64,000 bases of DNA, from the NCBI GenBank assembly GCA_023384005.1, contig JAHDXY010000001.1:20042-84041 (forward strand). Direction: 5' to 3'. This stretch comes from Burkholderiaceae bacterium (GTDB lineage Bacteria; Pseudomonadota; Gammaproteobacteria; Burkholderiales; Burkholderiaceae_E). A program made the translations under genes and the position numbers. This document shows positions 35,291 through 44,633 of this stretch, piece after piece. The first letter of the stretch is position 1. Each line of letters opens with the position of its first letter. A model generated the notes under the pieces. That model was given only the letters and a program-made list of their open reading frames with translations, did no database searches and was not told the origin of the DNA.

Positions 35291-35917
35291 CTACATCCGT
35301 ACTTCCACCAAGGGGATTTGCCCCCAGGTGTGGGCGTTGTAATCGTCGATCATCGTCATGCACTCGTCAGTGTCGAAACGTACCGGGACATCAAACTCGT
35401 AACCGGCAGTCAATACGGCACCCGAACCCGGCGCACTTGCAAACGTCACGACCCCAGTCGTGGTATCGGCCGACCAGCCATTTCCCTGTTCAGTGCCATT
35501 AATTGCAATGCGCACGGTGCCGGCGACCGGCTTTTTGATCTGGCGTACGAAATCCACGCCACCGCTCGAATACGCTTTCGTCAGCTGGAACGTGGTTTTC
35601 GTGCCGTCCCCGGTTCCGATGACCTGATCCGTGGCGGCAGGCTTCTTTGTGGCCGGGCAGCTTTTGTAGTCCGTCCAGTCCTTGAACCTGAACCCGTGCT
35701 TCCGCCCCAGGCGGGCGTAGAAGAATGCAAGGACCTGGTCCAGCTCCTTCTGGCTTTTGACGCCATAAGCCACATCGTACTCGTAGCGGGGCCGGGACCA
35801 TTCGATGTTGCGGTCCTCGGCACCATTAGCGCGCGTGTACACGGTCGTCTTGAAGGCAGGCCCTCCGACAGCACCGTAGGAAATCTTGGGCGGGAATTGC
35901 AGCTCGTGGAAATCCAT
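35291..35917 (-). CDS. distal tail protein-like (RcGTA g12-like), copy A
   Basis: 208 aa; MDFHELQFPPKISYGAVGGPAFKT. Same length as copy B and roughly 60 percent identical by eye. Confidence 0.75.
   Translation of the reverse strand: MDFHELQFPPKISYGAVGGPAFKTTVYTRANGAEDRNIEWSRPRYEYDVAYGVKSQKELDQVLAFFYARLGRKHGFRFKDWTDYKSCPATKKPAATDQVIGTGDGTKTTFQLTKAYSSGGVDFVRQIKKPVAGTVRIAINGTEQGNGWSADTTTGVVTFASAPGSGAVLTAGYEFDVPVRFDTDECMTMIDDYNAHTWGQIPLVEVRM
35494..35507. repeat. palindrome-family copy (intragenic)
   Basis: TGCCATTAATTGCA (1 mismatch). Inside Dit-like copy A (IAING); absent from copy B. Confidence 0.75.
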
Positions 35918-38900
35918 CAGCCATTCCTCGCCCTGGCCCGTGTCATGGCACCCTGCAACCTGGTCAGGATTTGGCTCTGCGAGCGCTGGAACGACGAGGC
36001 GTCCTGAACCCCATTGACGTTCATGATCACCGTGGGTGTATTGCCACCCCTACTGCCCTCGCGACTGCGGTCAGACTCGGCAATCGTTCTCAGGACGTTC
36101 TCGACACGCCTGTTGTCGTTCGCGGTCAGCACACGCTCGCCACGCTGCAGGATCGCCGGGAATTCGTCTCGCCTGAACAAGCCTTCGTGGAAGCGCGGAG
36201 CGCCTGCGAAGGCCGTGGCGGGAACACGACGGGTCGGGTTGCGTACCTTCCCAACCACGCCACCGGTATGGAACAGCATGCCCAGCATACCGCCCATGCC
36301 ACCCATGCCGTTGCCCATGCCTCCCATGAGCGACTGCAGGAGCTGCATGATCATGTTGGTGAACTGACCCATTCCGGGGATCGCCTGATTGAGCGGGCCG
36401 AGTAGGCCGCTGATGCCAGCTCCGAGGCCGCCCATGCCGGGTGTCGCCATGGAGGCTTGCTGCCCGGCCATGGATGCCTGTTGCCCGGCCTGCTGGATCG
36501 AGGTGCCGGCCTGCTGGAACTGCGGAGCCGCCGCTCCGGCTTGCGTACCGGCCTGCTGAATCTGGTTGCCGGCGTTCTGCGTTTGCCACGCATTGTTCTG
36601 GCTCGCAAAGCTCAGCTGATCCTTAGCAGCCTTCTCCTGCTGCGTGCTCATGATCGTCTGTTGAGACGACATCTTCTCGGCCTGCGCGGCCTGGTCTGTG
36701 GCCATCTTGGCCTGGTTTAGCGCCTGGCTCGCAGACTGGCCTGCCTGCCCGAGCTCGTTGAGCTTCTGCGTGGCGGCGTCGAGGCCCATCGACTGGTCCT
36801 GACGCCAGGGCTCGACGATGCCCGTACCCTCGTCACCCTGCTTGTGCGGGTTCACCTCGCCGTGACCAAAGACGTTCGTTCCGATACCGGGATACTTGGC
36901 CCGCATTTCCTCGATCCACTGCTTACCAGCAGCGATCTGGGCAGGCGTAAGATCCTGGTTGTTTCGGGCGATCACCTCCATGCCGATAGTGTTTGAATTT
37001 GACAGTCCCGCACCAACCCCCTGACCTGGCCTCATGTGAGACAAGCGGGCGTTGTCCGGTGCCATCTGGAAGATGTTGCCGTCGCGGTCCATTATGTAAT
37101 GGGCACCAAAGCCGCGCTTGTTCAGCACATCCGCCACGTCCGAGGGATCACCGCGGCCAGCCGTATGGTGCATGATCAGACCTTCGGTCGCCTCACGCAT
37201 TCGGCCGTCCAAATTGAGGCCCCCGAGCTTCTCGACATTACTCTGAAATTCGCTCACCGCTTCGTTGAAGCTCTGAGCTGTAGACGACGTGAGATTTTCA
37301 GTGGCGGCCGTCACGCTTTGTTCGAACTGGTTGCTCCAGGATTTGGCCCCCTGCTCGACGGCGCTCACCGTCAGCGCCTGAGAATCGCTCCACGCCTTTG
37401 CAGCGCTTGCCACGGCATCCACGCTGATCTTGCTGGCCTGGGTCGAAACGTCCTGCAAGGCACTCTGAACCGGAGCGGTGATGGCTTGCTCCACCACACT
37501 CTGGGTGGCGGCCGCCGCGGCAGCTCCCATCACGTTGTCATTGGCGGCCAAGGACGGCAAGCCGGGGATCGCGCCGCCAAGCGGTGTGCCATTAATTGCA
37601 ACGGACCCCGCATTGATGATCGCCTGCGGGGTGTTGATTCCTTTGACGCCGAGTTGCTCGACCTTGTTCAGCGCCTGGCTCGCCCGATCAAGAGCAGCCT
37701 GCCTCCTGTCGGGGAACATGCCCGATAGCAGGTCCTTCAGCATGTGATTGATGGCCAGCCTGACCATCTGCTTGCCGAGGTTGGCAGCCCACTGCTGCAT
37801 CGAGTTGCCGGTGCCTGTGAACAGATCGGCCAAGGCATCAGACAGGCCGCCGATCGCATCCTGTTCCAGCCGACGCAAGCCGTCCTCGAAGGTGCCGAGG
37901 CTGTCCATCCACGCATTGATGCCTGACCGGGACTCGGCGTTCACGTCGGCCATCGCCGTCGCATACTCACGCACAGCCGCGGCAAGTTTGCTGGTGATCA
38001 TCACGCCCTTTTCGCGCAGAGCGTTGATCTCCTGGAGAACCGTCTGCTCAATCTCCCGCTCGCGGCCGATGAGACCCTGCAAATGGAGCTCTTCACGGAG
38101 TTCGCGAACGCGATCCGCAACCGGGTTGCGCCCGGCAAGCGTCGACTGGTTGAGCTGCTCGAGGAGCTGCAGATAACGCTGGGCGTCGATCGCCCCGGAC
38201 TGGAAGGCCCGGCCGAGTGTCCGCACATCCTGCTCATAGGACCGGATCGCAGATCTGATCGGGTCCAGGCGACCCTCCAGATCCTTGAACAGCTCAAGTT
38301 GCTTGGTCTGCGCGATCAGGCGAGCGATCTCGGCTCGGCGCTGGGCCGTCAGCGTGCCAATCTCCCGTTCCGCGTCTGCCAGGCGGTTGGCAATCTCCAA
38401 TTCGACCTTGCGCTCTTCGGTCAGGGCACGGGCCTGCTCAAGCCCCCGGCGAAGCTCGCGCACCATCTCCTCGTAGGCGGTGGTCTTCTCGATCTCGTGG
38501 AGTGCGCGCATCCGGTCCTGGATGGCTCTGTTCTGCTCGTCAGTGAGCTTGCCGTGCTCCTCCTCGATCTCCCGGATGCGCTCACGGATTGCGAGCTCGT
38601 TCTCCTTTGCCTTAGTGAGTGCCCGTGCAGCCTCGATCTCGCGGTCGAGGCTCTTGACCTCAACCGAAATCGGATCGAGCTCCTGCTCGGCTTTGCGGAT
38701 CAGGGCCTTCAGCTTCTCGATGTCCTGCGGCAGGTATCCGGCATTGATGCGTGCTTCGGGGCTGAGAGACAGCAGTTCTTCGAGAGCCTTCTTCTGGGCC
38801 TCAATCTCCCGCCGATCGGCCTTCGGGTAATAGAACTCACGCAGCAGATCGGCTGACTTGCCGGACAGACCCTTACCGATGTTCGTGTTCTTCAGCTCGC

Positions 38901-40686
38901 CAATGATGCCGAAACCGCCTACCTTGGAAAGTCTCTCGGCTTCCTCCTTCGCTTTCCTGGCGGTATCTTCGAGCGCCTTATACTCGTCGCCGACGGCACT
39001 GCCCATCCAGGAGACGAACTGGGTCCATTTCTCGTACAGCCAGTTGAGCGCACGGCCGAATGCACCCGTCACCGCGTCCCAGATTTGCTGACCGATATCC
39101 GACCAGCTCTGCGAGAAGAACGCCGTGACCTTGTCCCAGTTGGCAATGATTGCCGCCGCGGCAGCGATCATCGCACCACTGATGAGAACCGGCCATCCAA
39201 GCAGACCCGCCATTGCTGTACTCACGGCCAGGACTGCAGCCCGGACGGCGGCGAACACGGCTCCGAGGCGGGCGAAGCCCATGAGCGCCGTCACGGCACG
39301 GACTGCCAAGCCGATCAGGCTCTTTGCCCAGCCCAGTATCGCGCCCATCGCACTGGTCACACCGACAGCCTTCAGGGCCTTGGACAGGATGGAGAATGCC
39401 GCGACTGCACCAGCGACTGCCGGAGCGAGCGTGACGACGAGAGCTATTATGCTCTGGATCGGACCCGGCAGAGCGCTGAGCGCCGCATTAGCGCCGTTGA
39501 CGAGCATGCGGAAGCCCGCAATTCCGACTTCCGCTATCGGGGCAAGAGTGCTTCCGATGGTCTTACCAAAAAGCGTCAGACTCGCTTTCAATCCCTCCCA
39601 TTGCGCCCACAGTGCTTGGACGGCCTGAGCGAACTCTTTGCTACGAGCGCTACCTTGCTCTTGCTCCCGCGAGGACTGAGCCAGCTTCTGGCGGAAAAGA
39701 TCCAGGTTCTGCGAGGACGCACCAAGGATCGACTGCATCTCGACGGCCTGGAGGTTGAAAGACTCCAGGAAGGTCGACAACGACTGGCCGTCGTCACGCA
39801 TCTCCTTTAGCACCTGCAGGAACACCAGCATGGCATTCTCTGGCTTGGTCTTAAGCATCTCCAGGAACTGGTCGCGCGACATTCCTGTCATCTCGGAGAG
39901 CCGGTGCATGCCTTCCGTGGCATTGATCGCCGCGTCGTTCAGCTCCTGGAACAGGCGACCCATGCTCGTGCCGAAAAGCTCAGGCCGGAAGTCGAGCTGA
40001 GCAGCTGCCGCCGACAATCCGAGAATGGCTGTCGAACCAAGTTTGAACTGGGCAGTCGCCTGCCCGACGCGGGAGGCCACTCGCAGGATCTCGCGCTCGG
40101 TGGCCGCCGTGGTGTTACCCAGATAGACGAGGACGTTTGTGAACTGGTCGGCGGCCTCGATGCCTTCCTTCGTAATGGTCAAGAGGCGGGCGATACTCTT
40201 GGCCCCCTGCTCACCCACAACGTCAGTCGCCAGGGCAAGCTCAGCCATGATACGAGAGAAGTCCTGGATCTCCTTGCCGCCAGAGATACCGAGCTGTCCG
40301 GCCGCAGCAGCAATCTCGAGCATGGAATCCACTGAGACGCCGTTCATGCTCATCATCATGCTATCGAACTGCGCCTGGAAGCTCTCCATCTCTCGTGAGG
40401 TCATGTTCGTGGTCTTCTGGACCATGATCATGCCACGCTCGTAATAGGCGAACGCGCCCAGGGTGCTGCGCAGCAAACGGGTGGATGCGAATGCGCCGGC
40501 CATAGCCGCGCCGGCTGCCTTGGCCGCCTTGGCGAGCGTATCCATGGCGCTGGCGGCCTTCTTGCCGTCGTCCGCCAAGCCTTTGGCGTCCTTACCGGCC
40601 TTCTTCAGGCCGACCCCGTGCTGACGAAGGATACGGGTCGCCTCGTCGCGCATGCGGAGAATGAACTGGAGCTCTTGCTGGTTCAT
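35917..40686 (-). CDS. tape measure protein with embedded amidase_2/PGRP-like domain
   Basis: 1589 aa. Long helical Ala/Leu/Gln-rich body. MHHTAGRGD...NSNTIGMEVIARN...GHGEVNP resembles N-acetylmuramoyl-L-alanine amidase. Gly/Met-rich C-terminal tract. Confidence 0.9.
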   Translation of the reverse strand: MNQQELQFILRMRDEATRILRQHGVGLKKAGKDAKGLADDGKKAASAMDTLAKAAKAAGAAMAGAFASTRLLRSTLGAFAYYERGMIMVQKTTNMTSREMESFQAQFDSMMMSMNGVSVDSMLEIAAAAGQLGISGGKEIQDFSRIMAELALATDVVGEQGAKSIARLLTITKEGIEAADQFTNVLVYLGNTTAATEREILRVASRVGQATAQFKLGSTAILGLSAAAAQLDFRPELFGTSMGRLFQELNDAAINATEGMHRLSEMTGMSRDQFLEMLKTKPENAMLVFLQVLKEMRDDGQSLSTFLESFNLQAVEMQSILGASSQNLDLFRQKLAQSSREQEQGSARSKEFAQAVQALWAQWEGLKASLTLFGKTIGSTLAPIAEVGIAGFRMLVNGANAALSALPGPIQSIIALVVTLAPAVAGAVAAFSILSKALKAVGVTSAMGAILGWAKSLIGLAVRAVTALMGFARLGAVFAAVRAAVLAVSTAMAGLLGWPVLISGAMIAAAAAIIANWDKVTAFFSQSWSDIGQQIWDAVTGAFGRALNWLYEKWTQFVSWMGSAVGDEYKALEDTARKAKEEAERLSKVGGFGIIGELKNTNIGKGLSGKSADLLREFYYPKADRREIEAQKKALEELLSLSPEARINAGYLPQDIEKLKALIRKAEQELDPISVEVKSLDREIEAARALTKAKENELAIRERIREIEEEHGKLTDEQNRAIQDRMRALHEIEKTTAYEEMVRELRRGLEQARALTEERKVELEIANRLADAEREIGTLTAQRRAEIARLIAQTKQLELFKDLEGRLDPIRSAIRSYEQDVRTLGRAFQSGAIDAQRYLQLLEQLNQSTLAGRNPVADRVRELREELHLQGLIGREREIEQTVLQEINALREKGVMITSKLAAAVREYATAMADVNAESRSGINAWMDSLGTFEDGLRRLEQDAIGGLSDALADLFTGTGNSMQQWAANLGKQMVRLAINHMLKDLLSGMFPDRRQAALDRASQALNKVEQLGVKGINTPQAIINAGSVAINGTPLGGAIPGLPSLAANDNVMGAAAAAATQSVVEQAITAPVQSALQDVSTQASKISVDAVASAAKAWSDSQALTVSAVEQGAKSWSNQFEQSVTAATENLTSSTAQSFNEAVSEFQSNVEKLGGLNLDGRMREATEGLIMHHTAGRGDPSDVADVLNKRGFGAHYIMDRDGNIFQMAPDNARLSHMRPGQGVGAGLSNSNTIGMEVIARNNQDLTPAQIAAGKQWIEEMRAKYPGIGTNVFGHGEVNPHKQGDEGTGIVEPWRQDQSMGLDAATQKLNELGQAGQSASQALNQAKMATDQAAQAEKMSSQQTIMSTQQEKAAKDQLSFASQNNAWQTQNAGNQIQQAGTQAGAAAPQFQQAGTSIQQAGQQASMAGQQASMATPGMGGLGAGISGLLGPLNQAIPGMGQFTNMIMQLLQSLMGGMGNGMGGMGGMLGMLFHTGGVVGKVRNPTRRVPATAFAGAPRFHEGLFRRDEFPAILQRGERVLTANDNRRVENVLRTIAESDRSREGSRGGNTPTVIMNVNGVQDASSFQRSQSQILTRLQGAMTRARARNG
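37587..37600. repeat. palindrome-family copy (intragenic)
   Basis: TGCCATTAATTGCA (1 mismatch). Inside the tape measure CDS (VAING). Confidence 0.75.
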
Positions 40687-41078
40687 CGCCTGCCTCGCCG
40701 AGGTGCCCTGCTCTCACGGTTCCGCCGTTGCTTCTCCCGTGTATTTTCTTCCCGCTCACACGCGTCGTTCGCGTCGTCGAGAATTCGGAAGATCTCTACG
40801 GCCTTATTCGACTGGTCGGCGATCGCCCCCGGATCGGGAAGGAAGCCCTTCCGGTACATCCCATAAAACTTCAGAAGCCTCGCCCAATAGAACGGGTTCT
40901 GACGGATGTGTTGCCGTGGGCAGGCCCACGTCTCCTCACCCAGCAAGGTGATGGGGAGGTTTGCCGGCTCTATCCATGCCTCGACCTCCTCCCCATCCTC
41001 AGTCACCTTCTTGTAAGGGCGGGCGTGGCAACCCCAGTCCTGCTGTCGCTTGCAGCCCTCACAAGATCGCTCAGGCAT
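40683..41078 (-). CDS. Cys-containing protein at the second chaperone position
   Basis: 131 aa. Its own ATG overlaps the upstream stop (ATGA). Assignment is positional, directly before the tape measure. Confidence 0.45.
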   Translation of the reverse strand: MPERSCEGCKRQQDWGCHARPYKKVTEDGEEVEAWIEPANLPITLLGEETWACPRQHIRQNPFYWARLLKFYGMYRKGFLPDPGAIADQSNKAVEIFRILDDANDACEREENTREKQRRNRESRAPRRGRR

Positions 41079-41593
41079 CAGCCGGATGGCGGCAACGCCT
41101 TTTCGGAGTTTTTTTCCTCGTCCTTGCTGACCTCGCTGACGTCCTTGATCTTCTGCGCCAGCTCAGCGATCAGCCTGACGCCGAACATGTTCATGATCTC
41201 GTCGCTCACAACCTGGTACTCGCGACCGTTGACGACCGCTTTCTGGGTCCTGTGCCGGATCTGGTTGCCGTGCTTGTCACAGAAGTTTCTGAAGCCGGCG
41301 AGCCCGTGCCTGACAGCGTCGATGTTCGTCTGGTTGACGCGGGTCTGGATCCCGACCATGTCGTCGCCCTGGCGGCCGCTCAGCACCGAAGCGTTGTCGT
41401 AGATGTAACCCATCAGGAACACGTCCAGCGGGCGAAGCAGGAAGACGGTCGCCCCCTCACCGATGTCGTCGGTGATGATCTCGCCCTTGGACGGGTCATT
41501 GGAGTCGAGGGGAACGGACTTCTGCCCCTTGGCGGGGTCAAGATCGGATACGTATTCGACCGTGTCGGACACGGTCAGCGCAACAAGTGCCAT
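41078..41593 (-). CDS. putative tail assembly chaperone
   Basis: ORF track 41078..41659. ATG at 41593 follows GGAGGCAGAAT. Acidic C-terminus; assignment is positional. Confidence 0.45.
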   Translation of the reverse strand: MALVALTVSDTVEYVSDLDPAKGQKSVPLDSNDPSKGEIITDDIGEGATVFLLRPLDVFLMGYIYDNASVLSGRQGDDMVGIQTRVNQTNIDAVRHGLAGFRNFCDKHGNQIRHRTQKAVVNGREYQVVSDEIMNMFGVRLIAELAQKIKDVSEVSKDEEKNSEKALPPSG

Positions 41594-41654
41594 ATTCTGC
41601 CTCCGGGCTGCATGGCGGTTCTCACGCCGCCAGATTACGCAGCCGGCGCTGAAT

Positions 41655-41668
41655 TGCAATTAATTGCA
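41655..41668. repeat. palindrome-family copy, perfect
   Basis: TGCAATTAATTGCA. 1 nt after stop 41670 and 61 nt before the ATG at 41593. Confidence 0.9.
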
Positions 41669-41669
41669 T

Positions 41670-41885
41670 CTATGCCTGGATCGCAGCATGTTCCGGACCG
41701 TTCAGGAACGGTGTCTTGTCTGCTACGACGCATGTCACCTTGGCGGGGGCATGGGCCTTGGCGATCTCATGTGCCGCCTGTTGAGTGAGCTTGACGGCCA
41801 GGACCTCTCCGTGCAGGCGACCCTTCCGATCGGCCTGTTGGACGATGTAGACCTTGCAGGTGAACCTGCTACCTGATGCGTGCAT
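41670..41885 (-). CDS. hypothetical protein
   Basis: ORF track 41670..42056. Start taken at MHASGSRF after terminator 41972-42000. Confidence 0.4.
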   Translation of the reverse strand: MHASGSRFTCKVYIVQQADRKGRLHGEVLAVKLTQQAAHEIAKAHAPAKVTCVVADKTPFLNGPEHAAIQA

Positions 41886-41971
41886 GCGAACACCGCCCAC
41901 CTTATGGCTCTGTGCAACTGATCGCACACGGACGTCGGATCGAGAAGCGGGGCGGGTCAGAGCACGAGCCA

Positions 41972-42000
41972 CAAAAAGAGCCGGTCCTTTCGGAACCGGC
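41972..42000 (-). terminator. rho-independent terminator after moron gene 42016-42429
   Basis: Minus strand: GCCGGTTCC-GAAA-GGACCGGC (one bulge) followed by TCTTTTTGTGG. Confidence 0.65.
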
Positions 42001-42015
42001 AGTCTTCGTGGGAGC

Positions 42016-42429
42016 TCACGTAGAAACATCGTAGAGCCGGTTTCCGCGAAGCACAATCCGATGTTTGCAACTGGAGCAGGAGCACGCGGTGTCCTCCTGA
42101 TTGGCTAGGCGGATTTTGCTACCACAATGCGGGCATGGCCCTTCCCGGAGGAAGTTTGGAACTCCGGCAACCACTATAAAGAGGGAGATTATTCCGCAGA
42201 GAATGACAACCCCTGCGGCAATCCAAGCGGAAACTTGCATGATCGTCTGGCCCGCAAGCGATCCAACAATCGCGAACACCATGAATGCGATAATCCCTAC
42301 GAACCACACTGTGAGGCTACCCGCTATCCGACCACCGCGCCTCCCAACGGTATCTGTTGATGGAAATTTGGATCGCCAATCGGGTATAAGTGAATCAATA
42401 CCGGTCATAGTCCGCCCCCTGTACAGCAA
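42016..42429 (-). CDS. membrane protein with C-terminal zinc ribbon (moron gene 2)
   Basis: 137 aa. Hydrophobic spans LTVWFVGIIAFMVFAIVGSL and WIAAGVVILCGIISLFIVVAGV, then CPHCGSKIRLANQEDTACSCSSCKH. Confidence 0.55.
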   Translation of the reverse strand: MLYRGRTMTGIDSLIPDWRSKFPSTDTVGRRGGRIAGSLTVWFVGIIAFMVFAIVGSLAGQTIMQVSAWIAAGVVILCGIISLFIVVAGVPNFLREGPCPHCGSKIRLANQEDTACSCSSCKHRIVLRGNRLYDVST

Positions 42430-42476
42430 CCGAAAACTACGCAGCGGGTTTCAATGAGGCGTTAACGTGAACGGGG

Positions 42477-42851
42477 CTAGTTGCAGCCCTCACCTTCGCA
42501 GCTGCCGTTGCGCATGAACTCGACGTAGGCGACCGGAATCAGGACGGGGTCCGGAAAGCCGTGTTTTCGGCCGCGATAGAAATTTTTCGAGTATCGCTCG
42601 ATGATGGTGATCTTGTCGTCGCGATCGATGAGAAGGCACCCGTTACCCATCATGCCACGCAGTAACATTATCCTGGCAGCAGTGTTATCCTTGTCCTCCA
42701 CAACAATCTGCCGGAACTGGGACACCTGACTCTCTGTTGTGCAGCCGTACATGAACTGATCGCTCTTGTTCGTTACCACCTCCCCAGCGAACGTTGCTCC
42801 GGTGGACAGCAGTCCAGATAGCAATGCAACAGCAATTCGCAACATCGCCAC
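42477..42851 (-). CDS. secreted protein (moron gene 1)
   Basis: 124 aa. Signal-peptide-like MAMLRIAVALLSGLLSTGATFAGE. Lower-GC DNA. Confidence 0.6.
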   Translation of the reverse strand: MAMLRIAVALLSGLLSTGATFAGEVVTNKSDQFMYGCTTESQVSQFRQIVVEDKDNTAARIMLLRGMMGNGCLLIDRDDKITIIERYSKNFYRGRKHGFPDPVLIPVAYVEFMRNGSCEGEGCN

Positions 42852-42874
42852 TCCCCTTTACGAACGGACATGAC

Positions 42875-42903
42875 CCGATACGCGACGGGCATAGGCGGGT
42901 CAA
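42875..42903 (-). promoter_or_regulatory. moron promoter candidate (no motif copy attached)
   Basis: Minus strand: TTGACC, 17 nt, TATCGG. The leader has AGGGGAG before the ATG at 42851. Lies between two terminators. Confidence 0.45.
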
Positions 42904-42956
42904 CTTGCATCGACCACCCCCTACCCTTTCATCCTGGCTGGAAGTCGAAGTAGGGC

Positions 42957-42984
42957 AAAAAAGAAAGCGGCCCCGAAGGGCCGC
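42957..42984 (-). terminator. rho-independent terminator after the major tail gene
   Basis: Minus strand: GCGGCCC-TTCG-GGGCCGC followed by TTTCTTTTTTG. Confidence 0.8.
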
Positions 42985-42993
42985 CCACCGTCA

Positions 42994-43007
42994 TGCAATT
43001 AATTGCG
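42994..43007. repeat. palindrome-family copy
   Basis: TGCAATTAATTGCG (1 mismatch). 5 nt after the major tail stop, then the terminator. Confidence 0.85.
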
Positions 43008-43012
43008 TCTCA

Positions 43013-44251
43013 TCAGCAAAGGAAGAAGCTGATCTCGTCGTCCGAGTCGTAGGCCGGGAACCGCAAGCCCGCGTCGTAGGCGAGGATGCCATCGCGGTCC
43101 TGGTAGGTCAGGCCGGTGTACTGCACACCCGGCGCGGTCATCCAGATGGTGTTGCCGGGCAAGTAGCCGACACGCATCTGGAACGGCATCCGATCGGCAT
43201 TGGCGAGCTGAGACCAGAAATCGTTGCTCGCCACCAGGTCTGCTTCCGGGTTGATCCCGCCTTCCGGGGCACGGGAAACGAGGCGGGTGCCGATGTAGCC
43301 TTCGTCCGAGGACACGTCGGGCCGGACCTGGATGTCGTTGGCCTGATCGAACGTGAACTCCTCCACGACAGCATAGAAGCCACCCACCCGAAGCCGAGCG
43401 AGCTCGACCTGCGCGGGAAGGGTGCGCTCATAGCTCGGTGTGGGCATGACCTCGTCGACGGGCTGCTGCCAGAGACCGGTGAACGTCCATGCGACCGTGG
43501 CAAACTCGCCAGCTGTCGCTGTGATCTCGAACGTACCGAAGCAACCCGGCATCACGTGCTTCACGCCGTCCTTGTACATCACGAGCGTGATGCTCTCGAA
43601 GTTGTCCGAGACGGGGTCCAGGCTGAGACCGGGCGGCATCAGCCAGACCACCCATTTCTGACCAACAGCAAGATCCCCTGTGAAGGTCGGGGTCAGAATC
43701 AGGCCGTGCGTACCGACGTCCAAAGCCATGTCGGTCGTGATGACCTGGGCAGCGGAGTTCTCCGATGGCGTATCGGAGGTGATGGTCACCTCGGCCATGC
43801 CGGAGGCCCCGGCCGTAGTCACCTCAATGTAGTAGCAGATAGCATCCGTGTTGTCGGCGGCAGTGACATCAGGCACCCAGGCAACCCGAGTGGCGTGGTC
43901 TCCGACATCGAACACGCCCTTCACGGACGGTTCGGCGTGCGGCGTCAGCTTGTACCCGCATGCCTGAAACAGGCGGGCAATGATGGGGGCATCCAGCGCA
44001 ACGCCCGAATTCTGTTTGCCGTTGCCGCGGAGCTCTGTCGTGAACTCCATGCTCGAGAGCTTCCGGCCGACAATGTGCGGCGTCTGCGAGAGGCTGTCCC
44101 GCGTGAAATTCCGCTCCAGAACATTCGGGTCGATGCTGTACGTGGGTTCGGAGACGAGAACGCCATCATCCGGCGTCATCGCCTCGGGGTCACCGTAAGT
44201 TGCTTCAATAGCCGCCTGGACGACGGCACGACGTGTGAGAAGAACGTTCAT
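43013..44251 (-). CDS. putative major tail protein
   Basis: 412 aa. Lies between the neck genes and the chaperones and is followed by the strongest terminator in the window. Confidence 0.55.
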   Translation of the reverse strand: MNVLLTRRAVVQAAIEATYGDPEAMTPDDGVLVSEPTYSIDPNVLERNFTRDSLSQTPHIVGRKLSSMEFTTELRGNGKQNSGVALDAPIIARLFQACGYKLTPHAEPSVKGVFDVGDHATRVAWVPDVTAADNTDAICYYIEVTTAGASGMAEVTITSDTPSENSAAQVITTDMALDVGTHGLILTPTFTGDLAVGQKWVVWLMPPGLSLDPVSDNFESITLVMYKDGVKHVMPGCFGTFEITATAGEFATVAWTFTGLWQQPVDEVMPTPSYERTLPAQVELARLRVGGFYAVVEEFTFDQANDIQVRPDVSSDEGYIGTRLVSRAPEGGINPEADLVASNDFWSQLANADRMPFQMRVGYLPGNTIWMTAPGVQYTGLTYQDRDGILAYDAGLRFPAYDSDDEISFFLC

Positions 44252-44287
44252 GACAAGCTCCTTCCTCCTAACTGCGGTGTGGGTCGA

Positions 44288-44497
44288 TTACGCGGCAGGA
44301 GGTGTCTTCAACGCCGTCAGAATCTCATTCAGCTTGGTTGCCACGTCCTCGGCAGATGCCGTGGCGGGGTCCGCAATCGGGGTGATCGTGTCGAAGGTTT
44401 CATGGTCGGGCTTGGTGTTGAGCACCTCAGCCAGGTTCTTTCCCTTCTCACCGAAGATCTTACCGAGACCCGAGAAGTGGTTGCGCTTGAGCTTCAT
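44288..44497 (-). CDS. hypothetical protein
   Basis: ORF track 44288..44563. Start taken at MKLKRNHF. Confidence 0.5.
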   Translation of the reverse strand: MKLKRNHFSGLGKIFGEKGKNLAEVLNTKPDHETFDTITPIADPATASAEDVATKLNEILTALKTPPAA

Positions 44498-44558
44498 TGG
44501 AGCACCTTTCCTGATGCGCCGGGAGCTAACCCGGCTCCAAGGTCTGGAATAGTAGTGC

Positions 44559-44572
44559 TGCAATTAATTGCA
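44559..44572. repeat. palindrome-family copy, perfect
   Basis: TGCAATTAATTGCA. 61 nt before the ATG at 44497. Confidence 0.9.
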
Positions 44573-44633
44573 TCGCGATGCCACAGGGTCAACGACGGAC
44601 ACCACCAGTGGATTACTTGCGAGCCCAGCTCAG

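Noticed and set aside
40683-41593. Programmed -1 frameshift of the G/GT type between the two chaperone-position genes.
   Set aside because: The second ORF has its own ATG overlapping the upstream TGA (ATGA), and there is no extended overlapping frame. I did not find an obvious slippery heptamer by eye, though this was not exhaustive.
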